Positions 37,019 through 47,717 of a stretch of 64,000 nt of DNA are shown here, piece by piece. Each line of letters begins with the position of its first letter. Positions within the stretch are counted from its first letter, which is position 1. This stretch comes from Pararhodobacter sp. (GTDB lineage Bacteria > Pseudomonadota > Alphaproteobacteria > Rhodobacterales > Rhodobacteraceae): assembly GCF_036802785.1 (NCBI RefSeq), contig NZ_DAIRVN010000014.1, positions 5,402 through 69,401 on the forward strand, read 5' to 3'. The position numbers and the translations under genes are program-made. The notes below the pieces were generated by a model that was given only the letters and a program-made list of their open reading frames with translations, ran no database searches and was not told where the DNA came from.

Positions 37019-37033
37019 CATACACAGTGTATG
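37019..37033. promoter_or_regulatory. 15-bp palindrome CATACAC-A-GTGTATG in a divergent TetR/VOC spacer; candidate operator
   Basis: 7-bp perfect arms, located between the TetR start (37003) and the VOC start (37057). It shares the TACAC/GTGTA half-site with the palindrome at 19194-19205. Confidence 0.4.
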
Positions 37034-37056
37034 CTTTTGACACAGGAGCGCAAGCA

Positions 37057-37485
37057 ATGAAAATCACCCAGTTTTACCCCGTCCTCATGGTGAAAGACGT
37101 GGCAGCCAGCAGCGCCTTCTATCAGGCGCATTTCGGTTTCCGCGCGCTCTTTGACAGCGCCTGGTATGTGCATCTCCAATCCACCGAAGACGAAGCCGTC
37201 AATCTGGCGATCCTGAAAGCCAGCCACGAAACCATCCCCGAATGCGCCCGCGGTCAGCAGGTGTCAGGCCTTCTGCTCAATTTCGAGGTGCCGGATGTGG
37301 ATGCGGTGCATGCGGCGCTGGTGGCTAAGGGCCTGCCCATTCTGCTGCCCCTGCGCGACGAGGCTTTTGGGCAGCGCCATTTCATCACCCAGGATCCGGA
37401 CGGGGTGCTGATCGACGTCATCACCCCGATCGCCCCCAGCGCGGAGTTCATGGCGCAATATGCGACCGAGGCGCTGCCCGGCTGA
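37057..37485 (+). CDS. VOC-family (glyoxalase-fold) protein
   Basis: ATG 37057 follows [27 protein letters not shown]... with DPDGVLIDV. Confidence 0.8.
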   Translation: MKITQFYPVLMVKDVAASSAFYQAHFGFRALFDSAWYVHLQSTEDEAVNLAILKASHETIPECARGQQVSGLLLNFEVPDVDAVHAALVAKGLPILLPLRDEAFGQRHFITQDPDGVLIDVITPIAPSAEFMAQYATEALPG

Positions 37486-37523
37486 ACCCGGCGGAACCCC
37501 TGCGGGGCACGGCCCCAAGGCCT

Positions 37524-38063
37524 CTAGCTGTCTTGCTCACAGAACCGCAGGCGGTTTCCGAACGGATCGTGGACCTGAAGCTGCAGCCCCCAGGGCAGTT
37601 GCTCCAACCCCGGGCGACCATAGGCATACTGCTTCCCGGTCAGTTCCCGGTGCAGAGCGCGGATATCGGCAGTCACCACGAAAACGGTGGCACCCGGGCT
37701 GGCATCGCCGTGATGTTCGGACAGATGCAGGCTGAGTCCCGCCCGCTCGATACCCAGATAAAGCGGCAGGTCCGGCGCGAAGCGGTGCTCGAAGGTGACA
37801 GCGAAACCCAGGAAATCGCAATAGAACTCCCGCGCCTTGCGCTCGTCAAAAATGCGCAGGATCGGGCTGCAGGATGTGAAGCGCGTGCCGCTGCCCGGCT
37901 TGATGTTGCGCTCCAGACTGGCCGCCGCCGTGTTCCAGTCTGTATGCCCCAGTGTCTTCGCCACCAGCTCCAACGCCCTGGAGTGGGATATCTCTGCCCC
38001 CTCCTGCGCAAGCACCGCGCGAATCTGGCGCGCCATGGCTTTCGCCTGATCGGTATTGGTCAT
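37524..38063 (-). CDS. Glyoxalase/bleomycin-resistance-superfamily protein with an extra ~55-aa N-terminal helical domain
   Basis: ATG 38063 follows AGGAGG. The C-terminal part (PILRIFDERKAREFYCDFLGF...SLHLSEHHGD...VHDPFGNRLRF) is bleomycin-resistance-like. The N-terminal part (QAKAMARQIRAVLAQEGAEISHSRALELVAKTLGHTDWNT) is a separate module. Confidence 0.7.
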   Translation of the reverse strand: MTNTDQAKAMARQIRAVLAQEGAEISHSRALELVAKTLGHTDWNTAAASLERNIKPGSGTRFTSCSPILRIFDERKAREFYCDFLGFAVTFEHRFAPDLPLYLGIERAGLSLHLSEHHGDASPGATVFVVTADIRALHRELTGKQYAYGRPGLEQLPWGLQLQVHDPFGNRLRFCEQDS

Positions 38064-38325
38064 TTCCACCTCCTGCCAGTGCGACTGAGCGGTGCTCGCA
38101 TTGCCGTTGGGCACTGGACGAAGATAGGATGAGAACGTCCGCGATGCTTTCACCATGCCTGTGAAGGCGCGAGCGGCTGGCAGCATGAACCGCCCTCAGT
38201 TAAGCAAGTCCGCCGCCCACCGTCAAGCAGCCCCGATGCGCGGTATGGGCAGGGCGATACGGCCAGAAACTGTTCTGCCCGCCGCCGGGTATGGGAGGGC
38301 AGCGCGCCACCCTCCGGGGCCGGGC

Positions 38326-39942
38326 CTACCCCGCCGCCTGAAATGCCGCGCGCAGCGTATCGTCGTAATGAACCAGTGTGCATCCCCCGGCACCGGCGGC
38401 GCTGGCCAGTGTCGCTTCCAGCGCGGCGGGGGTGGTCGCCGTCGCCACCGACCAGCCACACGCGCGGGCGATCATGGGGAAATCAGGCGTCAGGATATCC
38501 ACGCCAAGAGGTGGCACGTTCAGCCTCTTCATCTCGGACTTGATCTCGCCATAGCCCTGATTGTCATAGAGCAGCATGATCACCTGCGCTCGGGCCTCGA
38601 TGGCGCTCGTCAGCTCCCCCAGCGTGAATTGCAGGCCACCGTCGCCGGACAGGGCGATGACCGGCCGCCCTTCGGCCAGCGACGCGCCGATGGCGGCGGG
38701 CAGCCCATAGCCGAGCGTGCCATAGCCGGTGGCGGAGTTGAAATACCCGCCAGGCCGGGCCGCGGCAAAGCCCAGATTGCCCGCATAGACCGCCTGCGTT
38801 GAATCGCCGACAATCAGCGCATCGGGCAGGGTAGCGCGCACCAGATCCAGCAGCGCCAGATCGCCCCTGAGCGCTTCCGCCAGCATGCCCAGCCCCGCCT
38901 GCGCCTGCGCGGCGCGCGCGGCACCGTCGCCGCCAGCGGGATGATCCTTCAGCGCGGCATGCAGCGCCTGCGCCGTCAGCACGGCGCAGCCGGTCAGCGC
39001 AAGCGTGGGCGGCCAGCCGCGCTGCATCTGCACCGGGTCGATATCCACGCGGATCAGCGTGCCCGGGATCGACAGGCCGCCGTCCTCATACATGTCATAA
39101 TCCGTCGGCCCCATCTCGGTGCCGATGGCGAGGACGACATCGGCACCCGCGATCAGCGCACGGGTTTGCGGCATCGAGGCGCTGAGCGTGACAGCCAGCG
39201 GGTGGCCGGGCGGCAGAAGGCCGCGCGCATTGGTGCTCATCACCACCGGCGCATCCAGCGCTTCGGCCAGCGCAGGCAGGCTGGCGGCCCGCACCGCGCC
39301 GCCGCCCGCCAGAATGAGCGGGTTGCGCGCCCCGGCCAGCAAGGTGGCGGCCTGTTCCAACAGCCGCGCATCCGGCCCGGGCCGCGCACTGCGCGCAGGC
39401 GTTGCCGGGGCGACCAGATGCCCGGCGGGGGCCAGCATCACGTCAATCGGCAGTTCCAGATGCACGGGGCGCGGGCGGGCGCTGTCAAAGACCGCGAAAG
39501 CCTCGGCCAGCGCGCCAGCAAGCTCTTCGGGGCGGTGGATGGTGCGGCTGAAGGCCGAGACCCCGGCAACCAGCGCCTGCTGATCGGGCAGTTCATGCAG
39601 CCAGCCCGCGCCCGAACCCATCCGCCCATGCGCATTGACAGTTGAAATCACCAGCATCGGCACCGAGTCGCCGTAAGCCTGCCCCATGGGCGTCAGAATA
39701 TTGGTCATCCCCGGCCCGGAGATGATCAGGCAGACCCCCGGCCTGCCGCTGGCGCGCGCATAGCCATCGGCCATGAAACCCGCGCCCTGTTCATGGCGCG
39801 GCGTGACATGGCGGATGCCGCTGCCCGCCAGCCCGCGATACAGCTCGATCGTATGCACACCGGGAATGCCGAAAACGGTATCGACGCCGTAAGCGGCCAG
39901 CAGCCTGATCAGGTACATGCCGGTAGAAATCTGGGTGCTCAT
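38326..39942 (-). CDS. Thiamine-diphosphate-dependent enzyme, 5-guanidino-2-oxopentanoate decarboxylase (AruI)-like / acetolactate-synthase-like
   Basis: ATG 39942 overlaps the upstream permease stop (ATGA). The N-terminus is MSTQISTGMYLIRLLAAYGVDTVFGIPGVHTIELYRGL. The TPP-binding motif is GDGGLQF...N. Confidence 0.85.
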   Translation of the reverse strand: MSTQISTGMYLIRLLAAYGVDTVFGIPGVHTIELYRGLAGSGIRHVTPRHEQGAGFMADGYARASGRPGVCLIISGPGMTNILTPMGQAYGDSVPMLVISTVNAHGRMGSGAGWLHELPDQQALVAGVSAFSRTIHRPEELAGALAEAFAVFDSARPRPVHLELPIDVMLAPAGHLVAPATPARSARPGPDARLLEQAATLLAGARNPLILAGGGAVRAASLPALAEALDAPVVMSTNARGLLPPGHPLAVTLSASMPQTRALIAGADVVLAIGTEMGPTDYDMYEDGGLSIPGTLIRVDIDPVQMQRGWPPTLALTGCAVLTAQALHAALKDHPAGGDGAARAAQAQAGLGMLAEALRGDLALLDLVRATLPDALIVGDSTQAVYAGNLGFAAARPGGYFNSATGYGTLGYGLPAAIGASLAEGRPVIALSGDGGLQFTLGELTSAIEARAQVIMLLYDNQGYGEIKSEMKRLNVPPLGVDILTPDFPMIARACGWSVATATTPAALEATLASAAGAGGCTLVHYDDTLRAAFQAAG

Positions 39943-40757
39943 GGCGCCTCCCCTGTCTTTGAACGGAATTGCCACAATGCGCGGCCCAGAATGGCCAGAA
40001 CCACCACCACGATCAGCACCACCGAGATGGCCGCGATGGCCGGGTCGATATTGTCGCGCAGGCCCATCCACATCAGGCGCGGCAGGGTCACGGCCTCGAC
40101 CGAGGTGATGAACAGGGTGACCGCGATTTCCTCCCACGACAACACGAAAGTCAGGAACAGCGACAGGATCAGGCTGAAACGGATGTTGGGCAGGATGACC
40201 CTGAACACCCGCGTCCCCAGCCCCGCCCCCATGGCCCGCGCGGCCAGATCCATGCGCCGGTCAATCTGCGACAGGCCGACCGAGATGAGCACCACGGCAA
40301 AGGGCGCCACCATCACCACATGCGCCATCACCACCCCCGCCCAGCGGTCATAGGCGATGACATCGTTGAACTGCGACAGCGTCACCAGAAAGAAATACAG
40401 CGTCAGCGCCGACACCACGGGCGGCGCCACCATGGGCAGCAGCGCCAGCCCCATCAGCAGCCCGGCAAAACGCGGGCGCAGCATCCAGATGCCGATGGCG
40501 AAAGCCGCCGCAAGTGCGGTGGAGATCAGCGCCGACAGAAGGCCCACCCGCACCGACAGCCACGCCCCCTGCGCCCAGAGCGGGTTTTCAATCAGCGCGC
40601 GGTAGTGGCGCAGCGACAGATCGTCGGCCGAGGGGATCGACAAAAACCGCGTGGGTGTGAAGCTGACCGGGATCACCGCGACCAGCGGCATCAGCAGGAA
40701 CACCGCCAGCAGTGCTGCGATGATGCTGGCCAGAAGGCCGGGGCGCAGGCGGGTCAT
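39939..40757 (-). CDS. ABC transporter permease (PotC-like)
   Basis: 6-TM permease with an EAA loop (DLAARAMGAGLGTRVFRVILP). There are ATGA overlaps at both ends. Confidence 0.85.
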   Translation of the reverse strand: MTRLRPGLLASIIAALLAVFLLMPLVAVIPVSFTPTRFLSIPSADDLSLRHYRALIENPLWAQGAWLSVRVGLLSALISTALAAAFAIGIWMLRPRFAGLLMGLALLPMVAPPVVSALTLYFFLVTLSQFNDVIAYDRWAGVVMAHVVMVAPFAVVLISVGLSQIDRRMDLAARAMGAGLGTRVFRVILPNIRFSLILSLFLTFVLSWEEIAVTLFITSVEAVTLPRLMWMGLRDNIDPAIAAISVVLIVVVVLAILGRALWQFRSKTGEAP

Positions 40758-41569
40758 CGGGCTGTCCTTTCACCAAGCTGGCGCAGCATCAGCGCAATCA
40801 GCACGCCGACACCGACCATCAGGATCACGCTCATCGCAGCGGCAAGGCCCCAGTTCGGTGCCTGAAACAGCCGCAGATAGATCAGCTCCGCCACCATCAC
40901 GCTGCGCCCGCCGCCCAGCAGCGCCGGGGTAATGAAAAAGCCCAGCGAGAAGACGAAGACCAGCAGCATCGCGCCCAGAATGCCGGGGCGTGTCATCGGA
41001 ACAAAAATCTGCCAGAAAATCCGCGCGCGCGATGCCCCCATGCTGCGCGCCGCCATCAGCACCCGCTCATCGACATTGCGCATGGCGGTGGCGATGGGGA
41101 AAACGGCAAAGGGGATCAGGAAATGCACCATCCCCACCACCACGCCGAATTCGTTGCGCACCATGACCAGCGGCCAGTCGATGATGCCCAGTTGCTGCAA
41201 CCATGTGTTCACCAGCCCCCGGTTCGACAGCAGCGCCAGCCAGCCGAAAGCCCGCGTCAGTACCGAGATCCAGAACGGGATGAGGATGCACAGCTCGATC
41301 AGCAGCCGCGCCACCCGGCCACTGCGCACCCAGATCAGCGCCAGCATATAGGCCGCCGCGACCGTGATCACCGTCACCATCGCGCAGATCCGCACGGTGC
41401 GCCACATCACGCTCTGCACCAGCGGGTCGGTCAGCGCGGCACGGTACTGGTGCAGGCCGGGTTCCGGCAGCGTCACGCTCCAGCGCATGACGCCCATGAA
41501 CGGGATCAGGTAGGCAGCCGCCAGAAACAGCAGCAGCGGGCCCAGCAAAAGCATGTGGCGGCGGGTCAT
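40754..41569 (-). CDS. ABC transporter permease (PotB-like)
   Basis: Start taken at ATG 41569 (MTRRHMLLLGPLLLFLAAAY). Position 41623 in the ORF track is a TTG. The EAA loop is LMAARSMGASRARIFWQIFVP. Confidence 0.8.
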   Translation of the reverse strand: MTRRHMLLLGPLLLFLAAAYLIPFMGVMRWSVTLPEPGLHQYRAALTDPLVQSVMWRTVRICAMVTVITVAAAYMLALIWVRSGRVARLLIELCILIPFWISVLTRAFGWLALLSNRGLVNTWLQQLGIIDWPLVMVRNEFGVVVGMVHFLIPFAVFPIATAMRNVDERVLMAARSMGASRARIFWQIFVPMTRPGILGAMLLVFVFSLGFFITPALLGGGRSVMVAELIYLRLFQAPNWGLAAAMSVILMVGVGVLIALMLRQLGERTAR

Positions 41570-41635
41570 CAGCGTCAACTCCGGCGGGGGTGCCGCACCG
41601 GCCCGGGTGGGCCGATGCAGCAAGGCTTCGTCACA

Positions 41636-42751
41636 TCAGGCCGAGATGATGCCCAGATAAGTGTCGAGCGCGGCACCGTAATGCTCTTCATACCACGCCA
41701 TATCCAGCGGGATCTGCAGCGCGAAATTCTCAGGATCGACGGGGTTGAACCGCGCCTCCTCAGCCGGCAGCAGGGCATCGGCGGCGGGGTTGGCAGGCCC
41801 CTGCCCCAGCATGCGGAACATCACCAGCTGCTTTTCCGGGTCTTGCGCCGAGGCGATGAACTCCATCGCCGCGTCCGCGCCGCCCGGGTTGTTGGCGACA
41901 ATGCCCATGGCGCCGGGTGCGATCAGCCCCTCATTCCAGATGAAGCCGATCTCGCCTTCCGAATCCTCTTCAATCAGCTTCGCGCGGGTTGACCAGATCA
42001 GCGCCATCGACGCATCGCCGTTCATCAGCAGCGACTGGCTGTCAGCGCCACCGCCCCAGAAGCCGATCACATGCTCCTTGAAAGCCTCGATCTTGGCATG
42101 CGCGCGGTCCAGATCCAGCGGGTAAAGCTGATCGCGCGGCACGCCATCGGCCAGAAGCGCCGCTTCCCACATGCCCACGCCCCACTGATACATCGCGCGG
42201 CGGCCCGGATATTTCTCGACATCAAAGAAATCGGCCATGCTGGTGGGCGGGTTGTCGCCAAAGCGGCGCGCGTCATAGGCGATGATATAGCTGTAGAAAT
42301 ACGACGAGGCCGAGTATTCCCAGCCAAAACCCGGGCGCATCTTGTCGCGGTCAACCACGTCATAGTCGATAGGGGTCATCAGCCCGCGCTTGCCCAGTGC
42401 TTCGGCCGAGAACGGGTCAACATCGACCAGATCCCAGCTTGGCCGCCCGGTTTCCGCCTGCGCGGCAATCGCGCCCTCGGTGGGGCCAGAGCCATCCTGC
42501 CGCACGGTGATGCCCGTCGCCTCCTGAAACGCCTGCCCATAGGCCGCGTCATAGGCGGGCCCGGCATCGCCGCCCCAGTTCACGAACACCAGCTGCCCCG
42601 ACTGCGCCCGCGCCGGGCCCGTGCCCAGCCCAAGGGCCGAGGTGCCCAGCAACATCATCATCCCGGTGGTGAACTGACGCCGCGAGATCTGGCCGCGCGC
42701 GAGTTTGGTCTGCAGAATTCCGGCAGCGTCACGTTGAAACGGTCCGTGCAT
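41636..42751 (-). CDS. ABC transporter periplasmic substrate-binding protein (PotD/PotF family) with a Tat-type signal
   Basis: The twin-arginine signal is ISRRQFTTGMMMLLGTSALGLGTGPARA. GGAGA lies upstream of the ATG. Confidence 0.85.
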   Translation of the reverse strand: MHGPFQRDAAGILQTKLARGQISRRQFTTGMMMLLGTSALGLGTGPARAQSGQLVFVNWGGDAGPAYDAAYGQAFQEATGITVRQDGSGPTEGAIAAQAETGRPSWDLVDVDPFSAEALGKRGLMTPIDYDVVDRDKMRPGFGWEYSASSYFYSYIIAYDARRFGDNPPTSMADFFDVEKYPGRRAMYQWGVGMWEAALLADGVPRDQLYPLDLDRAHAKIEAFKEHVIGFWGGGADSQSLLMNGDASMALIWSTRAKLIEEDSEGEIGFIWNEGLIAPGAMGIVANNPGGADAAMEFIASAQDPEKQLVMFRMLGQGPANPAADALLPAEEARFNPVDPENFALQIPLDMAWYEEHYGAALDTYLGIISA

Positions 42752-42807
42752 TTTTTCATTCTCCCCAGTTGGTTACAGTTTTTTATCGCAGATATTCAGT
42801 AGTGCCG

Positions 42808-43851
<1,044 letters not shown>

Positions 43852-43918
43852 CTCCCCGGTTTTTCTCAGATCAGGCCGCAGCGCCCCGCTATATACAAAA
43901 CTTGGAACCCCTGCACCC

Positions 43919-44863
43919 TTATGGCAACCGAAAATCTTTCGCCCGGTTGTGAAACGAAATTTGTCTTTCCGCCCCGGCACCGTCGTCGGCCAGTTCCGCG
44001 CGCAGCCAGTCGCGGAAGGCGGCGCTGGCCGGGTTGCCGGTTTTCTCGGACGGCATGACCACATAATAGGATTCCGCCGAGCGGATCGCCAGATCGAAGG
44101 GGCGCACCAGTTTTCCATCGGCCATTGCCTGCTGACAGATAAACTTGTCACCCATGGCCACGCCCTGCGCGGCCAGCGCCGCCGCATAGACCATGTTCAT
44201 ATCCGAGAAGCAGACCCCGCGCCGCGCCGAGGCCACCGGCAGGCCCGCGGTGCGGAACCACGCCTCCCAGTCGCCATGGTCCTGAAGGTGCAGCAGCTCC
44301 ACCCCGTGCAGTGCCGCAGGCTCATCCAGCCCGCCGATCCGGTTGAGCAGGACGGGGCTGCAAACCGGAACGAAATCAACCTCTTTCAGCAGTTCAACCT
44401 CCATCCCCGGCTGATCCCTGAAGCCGAAGGTGATGAACAGATCGACATCTGGGTTGCTGACATCATCCAGCCTGCGCGGCGAGACGATCGACACCGCGAC
44501 ATCCGGAAATGCCCCCGCAAAACCACCGATCCGGGGGCAGAGCCATGACGAGGCAATGCCCGGCGGACAGCTCAGCACAAGCGTGCCGCTGACCCCGCGC
44601 GCGGCATTGCGGATCGCCGCGCCCGAGATGGTCGCCAGCGCGTGGCGCACCTCATGGGCATAGGCCATGCCCTGCGGTGTCAGCTCAACCCGCGTGCCCA
44701 CCCGGTTCATCAGCCGGAAGCCGAGGGTGTGTTCCAGCAGCCGCAACTGGTGGCTGACCGCGCTGCGCGTCAGGTTCAGCTCTTCCGCCGCCTGCCAGAC
44801 AGTGCCGTGGCGCGAGAAACATTCGAGCGCGCGCAGCGCCTGGGTTGAGGGTATCCGGGGCAT
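43919..44863 (-). CDS. LysR-family transcriptional regulator (GcvA-like)
   Basis: ATG 44863 gives MPRIPSTQALRALECFSRHGTVWQAAEELNLTRSAVSHQLRLLE, a LysR wHTH. Confidence 0.85.
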   Translation of the reverse strand: MPRIPSTQALRALECFSRHGTVWQAAEELNLTRSAVSHQLRLLEHTLGFRLMNRVGTRVELTPQGMAYAHEVRHALATISGAAIRNAARGVSGTLVLSCPPGIASSWLCPRIGGFAGAFPDVAVSIVSPRRLDDVSNPDVDLFITFGFRDQPGMEVELLKEVDFVPVCSPVLLNRIGGLDEPAALHGVELLHLQDHGDWEAWFRTAGLPVASARRGVCFSDMNMVYAAALAAQGVAMGDKFICQQAMADGKLVRPFDLAIRSAESYYVVMPSEKTGNPASAAFRDWLRAELADDGAGAERQISFHNRAKDFRLP

Positions 44864-44930
44864 CTGACTTTCCGCAAATGAGGCAGGGTAAACCCGCAAT
44901 GCCTGTTTCGCCAGCGTTTGGTGAATGGTT

Positions 44931-44949
44931 TTTTCCATTTCCAAGAAAA
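44931..44949. promoter_or_regulatory. Candidate LysR box (TTTTC-N9-GAAAA, contains T-N11-A)
   Basis: An inverted repeat in the divergent spacer between the LysR start (44863) and the amidohydrolase start (~45031). Confidence 0.25.
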
Positions 44950-45030
44950 GGTTTCACTAGCCGATACCGGCACCGGGCGCTACCGCTAGGGGCATGCCCC
45001 CGTTGCCGGCCGCTGCCCGAGGAGTTGACC

Positions 45031-46647
45031 TTGCGCCCCGATACCCCCCCGCACACCCCTTTCTCTGCCGCGCAGGCCAGTGCGTTGCAGCATATTGATG
45101 CGCAGCGCGGCGCCCTGTCTGACTGGTGCGCGACGATCTTCGGTTTCGGCGAAACAGCGTGGCGCGAGTATCGCTCAGCGCAATGGTATGTGGCGCGGCT
45201 GCGCGAAGCGGGCTTCTCGGTCGAGGAGGGTTCGGCCGGGATGGACACCGCCTTTTGCGCCCAATGGCACAACGCGTCCTGCGGCCCCGGCCCGGTGATC
45301 GGCCTTTATGCCGAATATGACGGCATCCCCGGCAATTGTCAGGCCGCAGAGCCCCGGCGCGCGCCCCGTCCCGGGCTTGGCTATCAGGCCGGCGGTCATA
45401 CCGACCCGCATTCCGGGCTGGGCATTGCCGGGCTGGGCGCGGTGTTGGCAATCAAGGCGGCGATGGAGCGCCATAGCATCCCCGGCGGCATCCGCTTCAC
45501 CGGGGAACCGGCAGAAAAGGTGCGCGGCTCCAAACCCATTCATGCCGCGAAAGGGTATTATGACGGGCTGGCCGCGATCCTTTCATTCCATCCGTTCTAC
45601 ATGCTGCCGATGTGCAACACCGTGCGCTGGGACACGCATTGCGGCGCGGGTTATGCGATGGTCTATCGTTTTTTGTGCGATGCGCCCGAAAACTGGGCAC
45701 GCCAGGACGGCGCACCCATTCCGCAGGCACACAGCATGGTGCGCGCGCCCGGTGCGGGTGAGGCGCTGAACCTGATGTTCACCACCAGCAAGGCGCTGCG
45801 CGATTCGTTTCTGACCCATCAGGGCGGCTGGACGATATCCGAGGCTGTGCTGACCCATGGGCAGGCCACCGCCGACAATCTGCCCGCCGGTCTGGCTGAG
45901 CTGCAATACATGATCCGCGTGCCCACAATCGCCATGGCCGAGGCGGTCACCGCCGCGCTGGACCGCAACGCCGCCGCCGCAGCCGCCATGACCGGCTGCC
46001 GGTGGGAGCGGCACTGGGTGTCGAAATCGCGCCCCGGGCTGGCCAATCACGCCATGGCCGGGATGGTCTGGGCGAACCTGAAGCAGCTTGGCGCGCCGCA
46101 ATGGGGCGAGGCCGCGCGCGATACCGCCCGCACGATCCAGCGCGAACTTGGGCTGGCGCCGATGGAGGATCCGTTCATCCCCGAGATGTCGCGCCTGATT
46201 GACCCGCAAAGCGCCGAAGCCGCGCTGCGCCATGATCTGCCGCCCTCGCAAAGCCACTCCACATCCGATGATTACACCGATATGTGCTGGCACGCCCCCA
46301 CCGCGCGTTTCTACATCGCCCGCCCGGCCCTGCGCGCGCCCGAGGGTTTCGCCTATCCCGCATGGGTGATGAACGCGCTTGGCGGCATCCCGGCGACGAT
46401 TGACCCGATGGTCGAGCGCGCCGCGCAGGTGCTGGCACTTTCCGGCCTTCAGGTGCTGGAAGACGCGGGCCTGCGCAGCCGCGCCATGGCGGAATTCACC
46501 GAGCGGACCGGCGGCGGCATCGGTGGCAGCGACTGGATCGCGCCGCTGTGCGATTATGACCCGCCGGTGCATTTCCGCTGGCCCGAATATGTCACCACCC
46601 CGCGCGGCCATGACTGGTGGATACCCTCCGGCATGCCCGGTGCCTGA
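45031..46647 (+). CDS. M20-family amidohydrolase (AbgB / aminobenzoyl-glutamate-hydrolase-B-like)
   Basis: The ORF is open from 44845, but that would overlap the LysR 5' region. I prefer TTG 45031, 6 nt after GAGGAG. The start is uncertain. The sequence has ...ETAWREYRSAQWYVARLREAGFSV... and M20-type metal-ligand regions. Confidence 0.75.
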   Translation: MRPDTPPHTPFSAAQASALQHIDAQRGALSDWCATIFGFGETAWREYRSAQWYVARLREAGFSVEEGSAGMDTAFCAQWHNASCGPGPVIGLYAEYDGIPGNCQAAEPRRAPRPGLGYQAGGHTDPHSGLGIAGLGAVLAIKAAMERHSIPGGIRFTGEPAEKVRGSKPIHAAKGYYDGLAAILSFHPFYMLPMCNTVRWDTHCGAGYAMVYRFLCDAPENWARQDGAPIPQAHSMVRAPGAGEALNLMFTTSKALRDSFLTHQGGWTISEAVLTHGQATADNLPAGLAELQYMIRVPTIAMAEAVTAALDRNAAAAAAMTGCRWERHWVSKSRPGLANHAMAGMVWANLKQLGAPQWGEAARDTARTIQRELGLAPMEDPFIPEMSRLIDPQSAEAALRHDLPPSQSHSTSDDYTDMCWHAPTARFYIARPALRAPEGFAYPAWVMNALGGIPATIDPMVERAAQVLALSGLQVLEDAGLRSRAMAEFTERTGGGIGGSDWIAPLCDYDPPVHFRWPEYVTTPRGHDWWIPSGMPGA

Positions 46648-46695
46648 CCACGCCAGACCTTTTATCCTTTCCGACCCCCATAAGGAGCCGTCATC

Positions 46696-47619
46696 ATGAA
46701 CCTGCAAACCCCCACCGAGCCCTTCACCCTTCAGCGCCGCAATCCCGGCGGCGGCACCGCCCCGCTGAAGCGCTGGGGTTTTGCCAATGAAACCGACCGG
46801 CTGACCGATGTCCTGCTGGGCAGCGCCGCGCATCTGAAGCACCTCTCCACCTCAAGCCTGTCGCGCAAACATCTGCGCGAGGCGCCGTGCAATGTTCAGG
46901 TCGCGCAGGCCCAGCATGCCGAACTGGTCGCCGCCTATCAGCATTTCGGCGTGAAGGTGCATATGCATGAGGCGCAGCCGGAGCTGCCGATGCAGGTTTA
47001 TGCCCGCGATTCCAGTGTCATGACCCCTTATGGCGCCATCATCACTGCCATGGCGCAATGGTGGCGGCGCGGCGAGAATTACGCGGCCATCCGCACCTAT
47101 GAACAACTGGGCATTCCGATCTATGACATGGTGACGGCAGGCACCTTCGAGGGCGGTGATTTCAACGTGATCGAGGAAGGCTGCGTGCTGATCGGCTGCG
47201 GCGGGGCGCGCACGCAGGAAGAGGGCGCGCGTCAGGTCGCAGGCTGGTTCGAGGCCGAGGGCTGGGAAACCCGCATCGCCTTCATCGACGAATACTATGT
47301 CCATATCGACCTGATGGTGGTGCCCGTCGCCGACAAGCTGACCGCTGTGTGCGAAACCTGCACCGACCCGGCCATTGTTGACTGGCTCAGGGCCAAGGGC
47401 CATGAAATCATCGACGTGCCGTTTCAGGATACCATGGCGCTGGGGTGCAATTTCATGTCGTTGGGCGGTGACCGGGTGATCGCGCCGACCTCGTCGCAGA
47501 CCCTGATCGGCAAGCTGCGCGCGCGAGGGTTTGAGGTGGCGGCGGTCGATATGTCGGAAATCTCGAAAACCGGCGGGGGTATTCATTGCATGGCGCAGTC
47601 GCTGAAGCGCGAAGCCTGA
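46696..47619 (+). CDS. Guanidino-group-modifying enzyme superfamily protein (DDAH / arginine-deiminase / amidinotransferase fold)
   Basis: AAGGAG lies upstream. Motifs are FEGGDF, YVHIDL and the C-terminal nucleophile motif KTGGGIHCMAQSL. Confidence 0.8.
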   Translation: MNLQTPTEPFTLQRRNPGGGTAPLKRWGFANETDRLTDVLLGSAAHLKHLSTSSLSRKHLREAPCNVQVAQAQHAELVAAYQHFGVKVHMHEAQPELPMQVYARDSSVMTPYGAIITAMAQWWRRGENYAAIRTYEQLGIPIYDMVTAGTFEGGDFNVIEEGCVLIGCGGARTQEEGARQVAGWFEAEGWETRIAFIDEYYVHIDLMVVPVADKLTAVCETCTDPAIVDWLRAKGHEIIDVPFQDTMALGCNFMSLGGDRVIAPTSSQTLIGKLRARGFEVAAVDMSEISKTGGGIHCMAQSLKREA

Positions 47620-47717
47620 GCGGGAAGGTTTGAGGCGGGCTTGCGGCTGGCGCGCGCCCCGGCGATGATCGCGCCGGGGCGGCGCCATGACCCGCAGGTC
47701 AGCAAACGGGAGACTTC

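Noticed and set aside
43852-44187. The N-terminal 112-codon extension of the PotA-like ORF (track 42808..44187).
   Set aside because: It overlaps the 3' end of the same-strand LysR gene in another frame and has Arg/Trp/Pro-rich composition. The family N-terminus and a GGGGAG RBS fit ATG 43851.
45583-46842. A 419-aa minus-strand ORF, along with similar antisense ORFs at 47970..48971, 57749..58846, 58901..59884, 24873..26024, 26395..27540 and 21207..22397.
   Set aside because: Each lies antisense to a gene with clear family motifs: M20, FAD oxidase, M24, LysR, FGGY kinase, CaCA and the sugar permease. All have Arg/Gly/His/Pro-rich composition typical of GC-rich antisense frames.
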